64,000 bases of DNA, taken from positions 1 through 64,000 of the IMG/VR virus record IMGVR_UViG_3300029822_000001. One strand, written 5' to 3'. Both the position numbers and the translations under genes were made by a program. Shown one piece after another: positions 1-9,540 of this stretch. Below the pieces are notes generated by a model, which was not told where the DNA came from, made no database searches, and worked only from the letters and a program-made list of their open reading frames with translations. This stretch comes from a virus. Position 1 is the stretch's first letter. Every line of letters begins with the position of its first letter.

Positions 1-155
1 TACTGTACCAACTTAGCACGGTAGGTTAACATTGCCCATTGCTGGGTTTAGTCTCTCTTACTAGGCCCCTTCGGTAGCTATATGCTACCTTATTAGCCTG
101 TACCCGTTTAACAGAGTTTTACATTACCTATTACTAGGCAACGGAACTTATTTCA
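1..155 (-). other. Group I intron (5' part, runs off the window) in the terminase large subunit gene
   Basis: The terL frame breaks right after the KSRQLG Walker A-region motif. The following minus-strand sequence has P/Q-like elements (CTCTGTTAAACGGG ... TACCGTGCTAAG) closely similar to the polA intron at 60623-60976. The 5' splice site near 156 is approximate. Confidence 0.8.
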
Positions 156-433
156 AATCCTAATTGTCGGCTCTTCATTATCCGTTTATCCTGTGACTGG
201 TCATTCAAAATGGCCATTTGCCAGTTCCGCATATTACGTGCATACTCCGAATCCATATTGGGTATACTATAGGTTACCGGATGTCCCTTTACTTTATGGA
301 AATTTAACAAGTAATTAACAGGGACCGTCATATCCATAACAGTCTGCAATTGAAGCAAACTTGGATTGTCCGTCCGGTACATGTCTTTTGTCATGCTAAT
401 TACAGTCTTCCCGTCAAACTTTAAGTCACTCAA
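134..433 (-). CDS. terL: Terminase large subunit, exon 1 (true exon ends near 156)
   Basis: N-terminus with RNWQ..ILND and KSRQLG motifs typical of Twort/SPO1-like large terminases. Confidence 0.85.
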   Translation of the reverse strand: MSDLKFDGKTVISMTKDMYRTDNPSLLQLQTVMDMTVPVNYLLNFHKVKGHPVTYSIPNMDSEYARNMRNWQMAILNDQSQDKRIMKSRQLGFEISSVA

Positions 434-447
434 TAAAAACCACTTCC

Positions 448-879
448 TTATCCCTTATCTTTCAATTCACTGTAATTCTCATTGTTCTTAGCTTCTGCTG
501 ATTTGTCCATAAATGCCTTAACTTGGTCAGCGTCCCAGTCCTTAATATCTTCCACAGCATCTTCATCATTGATATCATCTAAGTTAGCTTGCAGTTCACT
601 TTCCCATAATGACTTAGCTTTTGAACTAAGCGTAGGGGTTGCTTCTTCATCTCCCTCGTTACCACTAGCTTTAATGATACTGTACATAGCAACAATATCC
701 TTAGCATCCTTAATGTTATCAATAGCTATCTTCCCACTTAAAGCCATACTTAGCATTTTCTTAGCTAGTATCTGGGTAGCATTAAGTAAGTCCTTACGTG
801 TTTTTTTATCTAGGTCCTCATTAGTACCATTAGCCTCTGTTAACCGTACCTGAGCTTCCTTAAACAGCTTTGAACCCAT
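448..879 (-). CDS. Putative terminase small subunit
   Basis: 143 aa helical protein immediately upstream of terL, as in Herelleviridae gene order. Confidence 0.5.
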   Translation of the reverse strand: MGSKLFKEAQVRLTEANGTNEDLDKKTRKDLLNATQILAKKMLSMALSGKIAIDNIKDAKDIVAMYSIIKASGNEGDEEATPTLSSKAKSLWESELQANLDDINDEDAVEDIKDWDADQVKAFMDKSAEAKNNENYSELKDKG

Positions 880-891
880 AAAGTATCACCT

Positions 892-1176
892 TCACTCAAT
901 TAATTTTCCCTGTCGTTTGAGTTCTCGATAACAGCTATCTGCATGGTAGCAAACACCATAAGTTATCCAGCCAATATGACAGTAATAGTGTTTGTACCTA
1001 CACAGGTATCTATTTTCGGTACTAATATAGGCTGTTAATTGCTTTCCACATACAGTACAGTAGTGAATTGCACCTACTCGATGACTTTTTGCTGGGATAA
1101 CATGCTTATTAAAGGCACCAGATAATACTGATTTTCTTTGACTAAGTACCTGCTCTCTACTTTTTCTTTGTACCAT
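892..1176 (-). CDS. Conserved phage Cys/His-rich hypothetical protein
   Basis: CxxC plus further Cys/His residues; RBS GAGGA upstream. Confidence 0.6.
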   Translation of the reverse strand: MVQRKSREQVLSQRKSVLSGAFNKHVIPAKSHRVGAIHYCTVCGKQLTAYISTENRYLCRYKHYYCHIGWITYGVCYHADSCYRELKRQGKLIE

Positions 1177-1283
1177 ATTCCATTATCCTCTCGCTTATAT
1201 TATTTACGAGTTCATACTACCCCATTTAATGATAACATGAGTAGCAGCTAAAATACTGATATTATAGAGAGCAGGTACATTTT

Positions 1284-1688
1284 TTGCAAATTCGCAAGGA
1301 GGATACTAACAAAGAAAGCTCTACAGATAAGTTACAAGAAAAACTATCTCAACTGGATAGACAAATATCTGAACTAGACAAGGAATCTAACAGACTTGCT
1401 ATTTTACTGCAAGGACTGGATGATAACTCTGAAGTGGAGCATAGTGAATTAGAGAAAGAAATTGTTGACTTGAAAGAGTCTCTACATGATACTAAAAATA
1501 CGCTTAAAAGCAATACCAATGAAATAAAAGCGGACATAAAACAGTATCGTAAGGATATTGAAGAAGAGTTACGGCGTAATGAAGAAAGAATGCAGCATAC
1601 TAAGGATGAGATACAGGCTACAATTAAAGACTTCTTAATTGTTGTTTTTTCCGTTTTTACTACGTGGATACTATCTCATTTCAAGTGA
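1284..1688 (+). CDS. Coiled-coil protein with C-terminal membrane anchor
   Basis: Heptad-rich sequence with hydrophobic C-terminus FLIVVFSVFTTWIL. Confidence 0.6.
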   Translation: MQIRKEDTNKESSTDKLQEKLSQLDRQISELDKESNRLAILLQGLDDNSEVEHSELEKEIVDLKESLHDTKNTLKSNTNEIKADIKQYRKDIEEELRRNEERMQHTKDEIQATIKDFLIVVFSVFTTWILSHFK

Positions 1689-2180
1689 AAATGTCCTATT
1701 TAAGTCTGAAATTAACGAGTACTTTCAGACTTTTTTGTTTACCCTAATTAACCCCTAAGATACTAAAAGTGTCTTATTTAAAATACTGTTATATCAATGT
1801 TTATACCAGTTTTGTACCCTAAAAATGTCCTATTTAACTTCTTTTTGAATTAAGTAATGGAGAGTTTCCTGACTTTACCCTAAAATGTCTTATTTAAAAC
1901 ACTGTTATATCAACGTTTGTTGCACTTTTATACCCTAAAAATGTCCTATTTAAACATAAAGGGTACATAAGGACAAAAGTTAGCACATTTCCTTACTAAA
2001 AGTAATTAAATTATAGATACGACTAATAGTATTATATAATTTCATCTACCTTGTAATCCTACTAGTACTAGTTAATGTTCGTATTTTACTCAAGTTATGT
2101 ACTTCACATGTCTTATTTAAAAGACTGTTATATCAACGTTTATACCAGTTTTGTACCCTAAAAGTGTCTTATTTAAAAAA
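1688..2180. repeat. Iteron-like direct repeats in an AT-rich intergenic region
   Basis: About 7 copies of TGTC(C/T)TATTTAA, with three longer units containing CTGTTATATCAA(C/T)GTTT...TACCCTAAAA. Confidence 0.8.
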
Positions 2181-2359
2181 GCTCCAAATAAGGGTACAGG
2201 GGCATGTACATGACTATGGTACCCTTTGTACCCTTTGTACTATATAAAGTACCAATTAAATACTTGGGAACTGAGAATCGTTCCCTAAAGGTCAAAAGCC
2301 TAAGTAGGTCATTGAAAATAATTAGGACCCCAGAGACAACCGTACAAGTTAGTTCAATA

Positions 2360-2504
2360 GTACTTAGTGGTACTTAGTGGTACCCAATAGTACCCAGTAG
2401 TACTCAGTTGTACTCAGTTGTACCCAGTAAGGTACCTAGTTGTACCCAGTAAGGTACCTAGTTGTACCCAGTAAGGTACCTAGTTGTACCCAGTAAAGTA
2501 CCTA
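2360..2504. repeat. Tandem GTAC-containing repeats (10-bp units followed by 4 x 22 bp)
   Basis: GTTGTACCCAGTAAGGTACCTA at 2417, 2439, 2461 and 2483 (last has one change), preceded by 10-bp GTAC units. Confidence 0.9.
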
Positions 2505-2709
2505 GGATACCTGATAGTACCTACCTAGTCCCAAGGTCCCCACCAAGTTTGTTCAACAAGGTTATAGGTAAAATTATAGGTTATGGTAAGTAAAACGTTT
2601 TACTATAAATATTAAGTAATATTACATGATTGTAATACTTGTATAATACGCCTGTAACTTACTAGTGTTATCCTAGTTGTATTATGTATAGAACATAAAA
2701 CGCTTTGTT

Positions 2710-3330
2710 TTGAAAGGAAAGGAATTTAATATAAAAATGAAAAATACAGTAAAAACTATTTTGGTAAGTGCTTCAGTTGTTGCAGGGATGTTTATTTTAG
2801 GTACTCAAGCTAATGCAGATACTGTTACGGTAACCTCAGGAGATACGGTAAGCAAGATTGCACAAGAACATGGGGATACTATTAATCACATTGTTTCAGT
2901 TAATCAATTAGCTAACCCTGATTTCATTCAGGTAGGAGAAAAGCTACAGGTTGGTACTTCATTGCAAAAAAATGGTACCTCAATGGCTTCCAATGGGTAC
3001 TCAGGTGTAACTAGCACAGAAACGACCACAGGTACCTCAGAAGTCCAAAATAAGCCAAATACAGGGTACACTCCTGCAACTACTTCTGGTAGCGTTGCAG
3101 AACAGGCAGCACAATTGATGGCACAAAAGACAGGTGTTAGTGCTTCAGAATGGTCACATATTATTCAACGGGAATCAAATGGTATTCCTTCTGCCCAAAA
3201 TCCGTCCAGCTCTGCTCATGGATTATTTCAACAGTTAGGTGAAACAAGTAATGATTGGCGTACTCAAGTTAACAATGCTGCTGAATTGTATAGTAAGCAA
3301 GGACTAAATGCCTGGTCTGAAACTAAGTAA
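2710..3330 (+). CDS. Secreted LysM-domain lytic transglycosylase-like protein
   Basis: Signal peptide (TQANA), LysM domain (VTSGDTVSKIA...N.LANPDFIQVGEKL), C-terminal lysozyme-like IIQRESNG...AHGLFQ. Confidence 0.85.
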   Translation: MKGKEFNIKMKNTVKTILVSASVVAGMFILGTQANADTVTVTSGDTVSKIAQEHGDTINHIVSVNQLANPDFIQVGEKLQVGTSLQKNGTSMASNGYSGVTSTETTTGTSEVQNKPNTGYTPATTSGSVAEQAAQLMAQKTGVSASEWSHIIQRESNGIPSAQNPSSSAHGLFQQLGETSNDWRTQVNNAAELYSKQGLNAWSETK

Positions 3331-3480
3331 CTAAGATATATTGACTTGATAACAAAGATGTGGTATCCTAGGTACATGAGTTAGAGATAGCTCAATGTAT
3401 TTCTCTCCTAAAAACACATCAACTTCCACTGGTCCTGTCTACTCCAATTCCTTCCAGTGGAGGTACATAAAAAGTTTGAC

Positions 3481-4845
3481 GAAAGTATGCAAGTAAGCAC
3501 GTTCTTTTAAAGACGTGATGAATTGCATTGGCTGTACATCTAGTTAAAAGTAGGGTATACTAAAAAATAGGAGGTGAATAAAATGACGTTAAAGGCTATA
3601 AAAACTAGAATATACCCTAATACTGAACAGCAGTACAAAATAGTTAACACGTTTGGTTGCTGTAGGTTTGTATGGAATCAGTTACTTGATATGCAGATTG
3701 AAAGATATCATAATGGGGGTAAGTTTGTTAATGAGTTTGGTATGAACTACCTGATTGTACAGTTGAAGAAAGAGTATCCCTTTCTTAAGAAAGTAGACTC
3801 AAGAAGTTTATTTCATGTTAGTCGTGACCTAAATAACGCTTTCCAGAAGTTATTTAAGGAACACTCAGGCCATCCTAAGTTTAAATCACGTAAGTTTCCT
3901 AAACAAAGTTATCAATCAAGTTGCATTAAAAATAATATTCGTCAAGTTAGCGAACACAGAATTAAGTTACCTAAGTTAGGTACTATTTACTTTAGGTCGG
4001 GACGTCAGCTTGAGGGTAAGATTAAGAATGTAACTATTAGGTTATCTTCTACTGGAAAGTTCTATGCTGTTGTTTTAATTGATACCGAAGTTAATAGGTT
4101 GGATAGTACTAATCACTCCGTAGGAATTGACATGGGTGTCGCTGATTTAATGATTACTAGTGATGGGGTTAAGTATCCAACCATTAGGTTTGATAAGATT
4201 TTAGCTAATAAGAAGCACTATTGGGAGAAACGGTTAGCTAGAAGACAAGCACAAGCACTTAAAGAGATTGCTTGTGACAAGCATAATAAAGTGATAGAAC
4301 TACGAGAGCTGTCTGACTTCAAGAATTACCTTAAAGCTAAACGTATGGTAGCTAAGTATAGTGAAAAGGTAGCTAATCAAAGAAGTAACTATTTACACAA
4401 CCTAACCAAGCAGTTAGTAGAGCAATATGATGTGATTAAAATAGAAGATTTGAAAACCAAAAATCTTCTTAAGAACCATAAACTTGCTCGGGCAATTTCT
4501 AACCAAGCTTGGCGAGAACTGCGTTCTCAGCTTGAGTACAAATGTGAATGGTACGGTAAACAGTTAGTCACTGTTAATCCTAGAAAAACCAGTCAAATTT
4601 GTAGTACATGTGGGTACGATGATGGTAAGCACACCTTAGATATTAGGCAGTGGACGTGCCCACAGTGTGGCACGCACCATGATAGAGATATTAACGCAGC
4701 AATAAATGTCTTAAAGGCGTAAACGACTAAACTGGGCCGGAACGGCCCTTAGTAAATAGCTGTAACCTCTACTTATTACTATTTAGGCAATAGGCAAGCA
4801 TGCAGTTTTCCTAGAAGCTTCTTACTTTAGTGACGAGTAGTTCAC
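3481..4845 (+). mobile_element. IS200/IS605-family tnpB-only (IS1341-like) element
   Basis: Left-end hairpin CACGTTCTTTTAAAGACGTG 3' of a TTGAC target (3476-3480); tnpB; right-end hairpin preceded by GAAG and ending in TTCAC (4841-4845). Confidence 0.85.
3574..4722 (+). CDS. tnpB: RNA-guided endonuclease TnpB (IS200/IS605 type)
   Basis: HTH N-terminus (RIYPN..Q), RuvC motifs VGIDMG / KIEDL / HDRDINAA, CxxC..CxxC zinc finger. Confidence 0.95.
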   Translation: MNKMTLKAIKTRIYPNTEQQYKIVNTFGCCRFVWNQLLDMQIERYHNGGKFVNEFGMNYLIVQLKKEYPFLKKVDSRSLFHVSRDLNNAFQKLFKEHSGHPKFKSRKFPKQSYQSSCIKNNIRQVSEHRIKLPKLGTIYFRSGRQLEGKIKNVTIRLSSTGKFYAVVLIDTEVNRLDSTNHSVGIDMGVADLMITSDGVKYPTIRFDKILANKKHYWEKRLARRQAQALKEIACDKHNKVIELRELSDFKNYLKAKRMVAKYSEKVANQRSNYLHNLTKQLVEQYDVIKIEDLKTKNLLKNHKLARAISNQAWRELRSQLEYKCEWYGKQLVTVNPRKTSQICSTCGYDDGKHTLDIRQWTCPQCGTHHDRDINAAINVLKA

Positions 4846-4865
4846 CACTTGGGAAAGAACAATGA
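4725..4865 (+). ncRNA. TnpB omega-RNA A (scaffold plus guide CACTTGGGAAAGAACAATGA)
   Basis: Conserved GGGCCGGAACGGCCC hairpin, TAAATAGCTGTAACC and right-end hairpin shared with five other copies; the 5' end may overlap tnpB. Confidence 0.85.
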
Positions 4866-5082
4866 AATTGATGTACCAAAAATGAATCTTCCTAAGGTAC
4901 CTAGTGGTCACAGCTATTCAGTAAAGGTACATAATCCTAGTGGAGAACCTATTACTGTTATGGTACCCGCTATGACTTATGTAGCTAAGAAGGAACATCC
5001 TGTCGTTGAATTTGAAACAGGGGTAGCAAGTTATGGTACCCTAGAAGAAGCCCAAGATAAAAAACTGGAACTAGAAGCTTAA
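4849..5082 (+). CDS. Hypothetical protein, 5' region interrupted by the IS
   Basis: The frame continues through the reconstructed empty site (AAG TTT GAC|CAC TTG GGA). Confidence 0.5.
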   Translation: MGKNNEIDVPKMNLPKVPSGHSYSVKVHNPSGEPITVMVPAMTYVAKKEHPVVEFETGVASYGTLEEAQDKKLELEA

Positions 5083-5090
5083 AGATAGTA

Positions 5091-5790
5091 CAATAAACAT
5101 TGGTCAAGCATGTGAAGATGGGGTAAGCACCCTGCATGTGGCACTTGGTATATAAGTCTTGAATACCTGTGACAAACGATAGTTTTATTAATATTTAGGG
5201 GAGAAAACTCGTTACTTCAGTGACGAGATGAATTCCTTATTATTCTAAATAAATCTCTATTGACAAATATAGGGATTATGGTATACTATAGTTGTTAACG
5301 AAAACCAAGTTAACTAATAAAAGTATATTAACTGGGCCGGAACGGCCCTTAGTAAATAGCTGTAACCTCTACTTATTACTATTTAGGCAATAGGCAAGTA
5401 TGCAGTTTTCCTAGAAGCTTCTTACTTTAGTGACGAGTAGTTCACACATGACTGAATAAGTTGGTTTAGGTAAGCAAAGTACAGTGAAAGCTGGGCCAAT
5501 GATACATATATTATGTTACCTTATGGCGAAAAATAAGCCGTAGTAGCCATGGAGCCGGATAGGCTTTTAGTGCAAACCAGGGATGTTTCAGGGGAGATAA
5601 CCTGACTGTTAGGTACTAACGACATATGAGGTACCGCTAATTGCACAATAGTTATATTAACTCTTCTGTACAAAGACTTAATATACTTGCGGTCGCTGTA
5701 CTATAGACGTATAGTATGTAACTCTTAAGGGTACCAAATTAGAGTATAAACAAGGGTACCCAGCGCTACATATTAGATATAGTATACTAA
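5091..5790 (+). ncRNA. Candidate large structured ncRNA interrupted by an omega-RNA cassette
   Basis: About 440 nt without a long ORF after removing 5189-5445; relatively GC-rich, many hairpins, ends at a terminator. Family not identified. Confidence 0.4.
5189..5445 (+). mobile_element. Non-autonomous IS200/IS605 derivative carrying only a promoter and omega-RNA B
   Basis: TTTAT target (5184-5188); left-end AAAA plus hairpin 19 nt inside; TTGACA(5260)-N16-TATACT; scaffold matches 4731-4845 except 1 nt; ends TTCAC. Confidence 0.9.
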
Positions 5791-5820
5791 AAAGCCCTAT
5801 ATAAAATATAGAGCTTTTTA
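5790..5820. terminator. Bidirectional intrinsic terminator
   Basis: AAAAGCCCTATA...TATAGAGCTTTTT between convergent units. Confidence 0.6.
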
Positions 5821-5835
5821 TTGTACTTTAGTACA

Positions 5836-6354
5836 TTATAACATCTTAATTAAGCTTATAATTCGACTTAGAGAGTATACCCCAGACATAACAACTCCAT
5901 TATCTCGTAGCAAGGTAGGTAACTCTGTCTTAAAACTCTTATTAACATCAAGGTACGGATTAGCATGATTAGGCTTATCAATGTGGTACTGAAGATTCAT
6001 CTTATTATTTTCAGGTAAGCTTACGTATAGGTACCCTTTTGGTAAATCAATTATATCATAAACTTTACCAGTTTCAGAATCAACTTGTCCTAAAAATCTA
6101 GGTAAGCTCAAGTCTCCCAGTTTAGGTGGTTGATTAACTAGCTGTACCAATTGACTTTCAATTGGGTTAGATGGATTGTTTAGCTCTATTGAATAATCCG
6201 TGCAACTATTTGTAGATAAACACTTAAGAGATAGTACCACAAAGTTACGCAGATAGATTGCAAGTTCATGTTTATACTCCTTAATGTTGTCCTGTTTAAG
6301 CCGATTAACTTCTCTATTAAGCTTTGTTGTTTCCTTGTAAGTAACTTTAAACAT
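5836..6354 (-). CDS. Hypothetical protein
   Basis: 172 aa ORF with GGAGG RBS. Confidence 0.6.
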   Translation of the reverse strand: MFKVTYKETTKLNREVNRLKQDNIKEYKHELAIYLRNFVVLSLKCLSTNSCTDYSIELNNPSNPIESQLVQLVNQPPKLGDLSLPRFLGQVDSETGKVYDIIDLPKGYLYVSLPENNKMNLQYHIDKPNHANPYLDVNKSFKTELPTLLRDNGVVMSGVYSLSRIISLIKML

Positions 6355-6361
6355 AGATAAC

Positions 6362-7324
6362 TTACCCCTCCAAATGATGACTTAGCCACTTGTACAGTGC
6401 TATTGCAATTAGTATTAGTACTGAGGTGAATACATAAAAAGCATACTTATAGCTTTGTCCCGGAATAGTAAAGTTAACTCCAAAGTACCCAGTAAATAGT
6501 GTCACAAAGCTGGCAATGATATTTAATATTGTGAAGGTACGCATGTTATTAGTGCTGTTGCTATTCAGGATACCATCTATCAAACTCTCGTAATGGTCTA
6601 AAGAGGTTTTTAAGTACTGAAGCAAGCTCTTAGACTCATCTAGTTCAATGCTGGCTTTTCTAGCAAGCCGGGTATACTCTTTACTATCAAAGTAGCTTTC
6701 ATCTTCAACTATTTGTTTACAGATATCATAGTTTTTATCCAAAGAAGTATCAAAAGATGCCAGGGTACTTTGAATGGACATAATATGGTATCTTACATCA
6801 TTATCCATACTATCTTTAAGTGAACCTTTTAATTCTATGGATTCTTGCTTTAAACTACAAAGTATGTTATTATAGTTGTTAGAAAGATAATAAATCATCA
6901 GAAGTACAATATCTTTTCTATTTGTTGTAGACTCCTTGATACTGCTACTGTTGTTGATAATTTTCTTTATGAATGAAGGTTCCCCATTAGAAACCGTTAT
7001 TAATCTATGGTTACTTGTTAAGCAGATTATTAAAGGGAAAGTATCATACTCCTTGAAGTCACCCAAAACTGATGGGACTGTTTCTGGATATTGTAAAATT
7101 ATTCTTAAGGGGGTATCATCATTAGTTAATCCCTCTATTCGATTGCTATCCTGACTGTCTAAAGTTAGTTTAAGAGAGTCTGAATCTATTCCTGAAGCCT
7201 CAGATAGAGAGTCTAGTTCATCCTTTGAAGGTGTTACTACCTCTACCCAATCGTAGTTATTCGAATCACATTGTATGATTAACCCATCTCGATTAATCTT
7301 GTAGTACTGTTTAATCTTAATCAC
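6362..7324 (-). CDS. corA: CorA-family divalent cation transporter
   Basis: CorA-like soluble domain, MRTFTI..I....T...GYFGVNF signature (GVN in place of GMN), two C-terminal TM helices. Confidence 0.85.
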   Translation of the reverse strand: MIKIKQYYKINRDGLIIQCDSNNYDWVEVVTPSKDELDSLSEASGIDSDSLKLTLDSQDSNRIEGLTNDDTPLRIILQYPETVPSVLGDFKEYDTFPLIICLTSNHRLITVSNGEPSFIKKIINNSSSIKESTTNRKDIVLLMIYYLSNNYNNILCSLKQESIELKGSLKDSMDNDVRYHIMSIQSTLASFDTSLDKNYDICKQIVEDESYFDSKEYTRLARKASIELDESKSLLQYLKTSLDHYESLIDGILNSNSTNNMRTFTILNIIASFVTLFTGYFGVNFTIPGQSYKYAFYVFTSVLILIAIALYKWLSHHLEG

Positions 7325-7376
7325 CCCGTATATAATATATGGATAAATAATAGAACTAAAGGAGATAGAAAAAAGT

Positions 7377-8081
7377 ATGGTTATGGAAAAAGTCGTCGGT
7401 AAGTCTTTAGAAGAAATTGCAAGAGGGTCCCAAATTCTGGATACCCCTTATAACTCAACAATTGTTTACGAACTAGGTACCTTAATTAGAAATGAAATGT
7501 ACTCAGTACACAATGTATCAATTAGTACTAGCAATTCTAGTGGTACTGTATTAGATAAGGGAGAATCCTCCATTGCCTCATCTATTCAAGTAACTATTGA
7601 ACCTAGCAAGATTCGTACTTTTGTACAAGTTCGGGGAATTACTCAACCAGACTTTGTTGCTATGGTTGGTGATATTGTACATTCAGGGATGCTATTTTCA
7701 ACTGAAAATGTAACAATTGACCGGTACAATGTTTCTTCCTTGTACGATGAAGAGTTAACAATTAGTATTGACTTTGCTTATACCAAGGTAACTGACTTTG
7801 ATGGTGGCAAGGATGTATCTAAGAAGAATAGTGAAGTACTAAAGGGGCTTACAGACAAGGTAAACAATCTGTCTGACTTGGTACAAAAAATGGATACTGG
7901 ATTTGGCACAGAAGTGTCTAGCTTAAAGAAACGGGTTGATGCTTTAGATACCCCTAAGGAAGCACTGGACGTACCAGACGCACCAGCTGCAACAGATACC
8001 AAGACAGATGAACCAGCTGAAGTAGAAGGGGAAACATCTCCAGTAACTGAACCAACAGGGGAGACAAGTAGTAGTAACTGA
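7377..8081 (+). CDS. Hypothetical protein, N-terminal part of a gene split by the IS607-like element
   Basis: Joins in frame to 9520-10012 when 8072-9519 is removed. Confidence 0.7.
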   Translation: MVMEKVVGKSLEEIARGSQILDTPYNSTIVYELGTLIRNEMYSVHNVSISTSNSSGTVLDKGESSIASSIQVTIEPSKIRTFVQVRGITQPDFVAMVGDIVHSGMLFSTENVTIDRYNVSSLYDEELTISIDFAYTKVTDFDGGKDVSKKNSEVLKGLTDKVNNLSDLVQKMDTGFGTEVSSLKKRVDALDTPKEALDVPDAPAATDTKTDEPAEVEGETSPVTEPTGETSSSN

Positions 8082-9519
8082 TTATCTATAAAAGCTTGAC
8101 AGATTTTGTAAAATATTATATAATGTTGTTATGTTATATAGAAGGTTATAAAAATAAACATCGAGAAAATATAAAAACAAATTAGGTGGTGATGAGAATG
8201 TTAACCAGCTATAAAGTTGAAATTAACCCTACAAGTCAGCAAGCGTGGTTAATTGATAGACACATATCAGCTAGTCGTTGGGCATACAACTTGTTTTTAG
8301 ACATTAATAAACAACGCTATGAAGATGGCTATCACTACATGGGTGCATACAAGTTTAGCACGTGGTTTAACCATGACTATTTAGATTTTAACCCAGATGA
8401 TAATTGGATTAAGCAACTGTATGCAAAGTCCACAACGCAAGCTTTCATTGATGCTGACAATGCAATGAAAAGGTTCTTTAAAAAACAGAGTAGATACCCA
8501 CATTTTCGTTCATTTAAGTGCGGACAAGGGTCTTTCTACTTTGTTAAGAACAGCAAGAAGCAGATTATCAAAGTAGAACGTCATCGGATTAAGCTTCCTA
8601 AAATCGGTTGGATACGTTTAAAAGAAAAAGGATATATTCCAACCGATGCTGAACATTTTGTGATTAAACAAGGTCGTGTCAAGAAACATGCAGGTAGATA
8701 CTATCTAACATGCCTAGTAAAGCAAGCTGACATTCAGTTCGCTAAACTTAATGGCGACCCAATTGGAATTGATTTAGGCATTAAAGAATTTGCCATTTTA
8801 AGTAATGGAACTATATTTAGCAACAAAAATAAGAGCAGTCGAGTACGAGGGATGCGAAAACGACTTCGGCGACTGCAAAGAAAGTGGTCTCGTCAGTATC
8901 TTGCATTTAAAGCTAGAAAACAGAAAGAAGGGTCTTCTGCTACTGATTTAAATCTAGCCAAAACCGAGCTGAAAATGCAACGATTGTATCAACGTCTTCA
9001 AAACATACAAGCTGACTATCAGAAGAAGATTATTTCACGGGTGGTGAGAACCAAACCACAGTGGGTAGCTTTGGAAGATTTAAACATCGGTGGTCTGATT
9101 AAGAACAAGAATTTAGCTAAAGCGATTATGCAACAAGGACTTTACACGTTTAGAGAAAAGGTAATAAATAAGTGTCAACAACTTGGGATTCCAGTTCACC
9201 TGGCTAATCGGTTTGAACCCACCTCTAAGCGCTGTCATAATTGTGGAACTAGAAAAGTTAACTTGTCCCTAGCTGATAGAATCTATCATTGTGACGTTTG
9301 TGGTTATACTGAAGACAGAGATATCAATGCGTCTTTAAACATTAGAGATACTGAAAACTTTGAGCTTGCCTACTAAATAGGCTTCAAAGTATGTACCGAT
9401 GGCTAGTCGGGAATTTACGCTTGTGGACTGTTATATCAACTGTACTAGCGAGCTTTTAGCGAGGCAGGACAGGCTGAAACAAGAAAAATCTATAACTTTT
9501 TATAAGTTATCAGTAGCAG
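8072..9519 (+). mobile_element. IS607-family tnpB-only element
   Basis: AT-rich left end, tnpB, right end ...TTATCAGTAGCAG|G, AG at both junctions, imperfectly inverted ends; removal restores a reading frame. Confidence 0.75.
8186..9376 (+). CDS. tnpB: RNA-guided endonuclease TnpB (IS607 type)
   Basis: RuvC motifs IGIDLG / ALEDL / EDRDINAS, CHNC..CDVC zinc finger. Confidence 0.93.
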   Translation: MVMRMLTSYKVEINPTSQQAWLIDRHISASRWAYNLFLDINKQRYEDGYHYMGAYKFSTWFNHDYLDFNPDDNWIKQLYAKSTTQAFIDADNAMKRFFKKQSRYPHFRSFKCGQGSFYFVKNSKKQIIKVERHRIKLPKIGWIRLKEKGYIPTDAEHFVIKQGRVKKHAGRYYLTCLVKQADIQFAKLNGDPIGIDLGIKEFAILSNGTIFSNKNKSSRVRGMRKRLRRLQRKWSRQYLAFKARKQKEGSSATDLNLAKTELKMQRLYQRLQNIQADYQKKIISRVVRTKPQWVALEDLNIGGLIKNKNLAKAIMQQGLYTFREKVINKCQQLGIPVHLANRFEPTSKRCHNCGTRKVNLSLADRIYHCDVCGYTEDRDINASLNIRDTENFELAY

Positions 9520-9540
9520 GGTACCAGTGAAGCCTAGTCG
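9385..9540 (+). ncRNA. IS607-type omega-RNA
   Basis: Structured segment (ATGTACCGATGGCTAGTCGGGAATTTACGC...) between the tnpB stop and the right end. Confidence 0.7.

Noticed and set aside
2360-2504. Possible CRISPR array
   Set aside because: The repeats are contiguous without unique spacers, and there are no cas genes.
8072-9519. IStron
   Set aside because: Only about 110 nt lie between the left junction and tnpB, with no group I P/Q/R/S elements.
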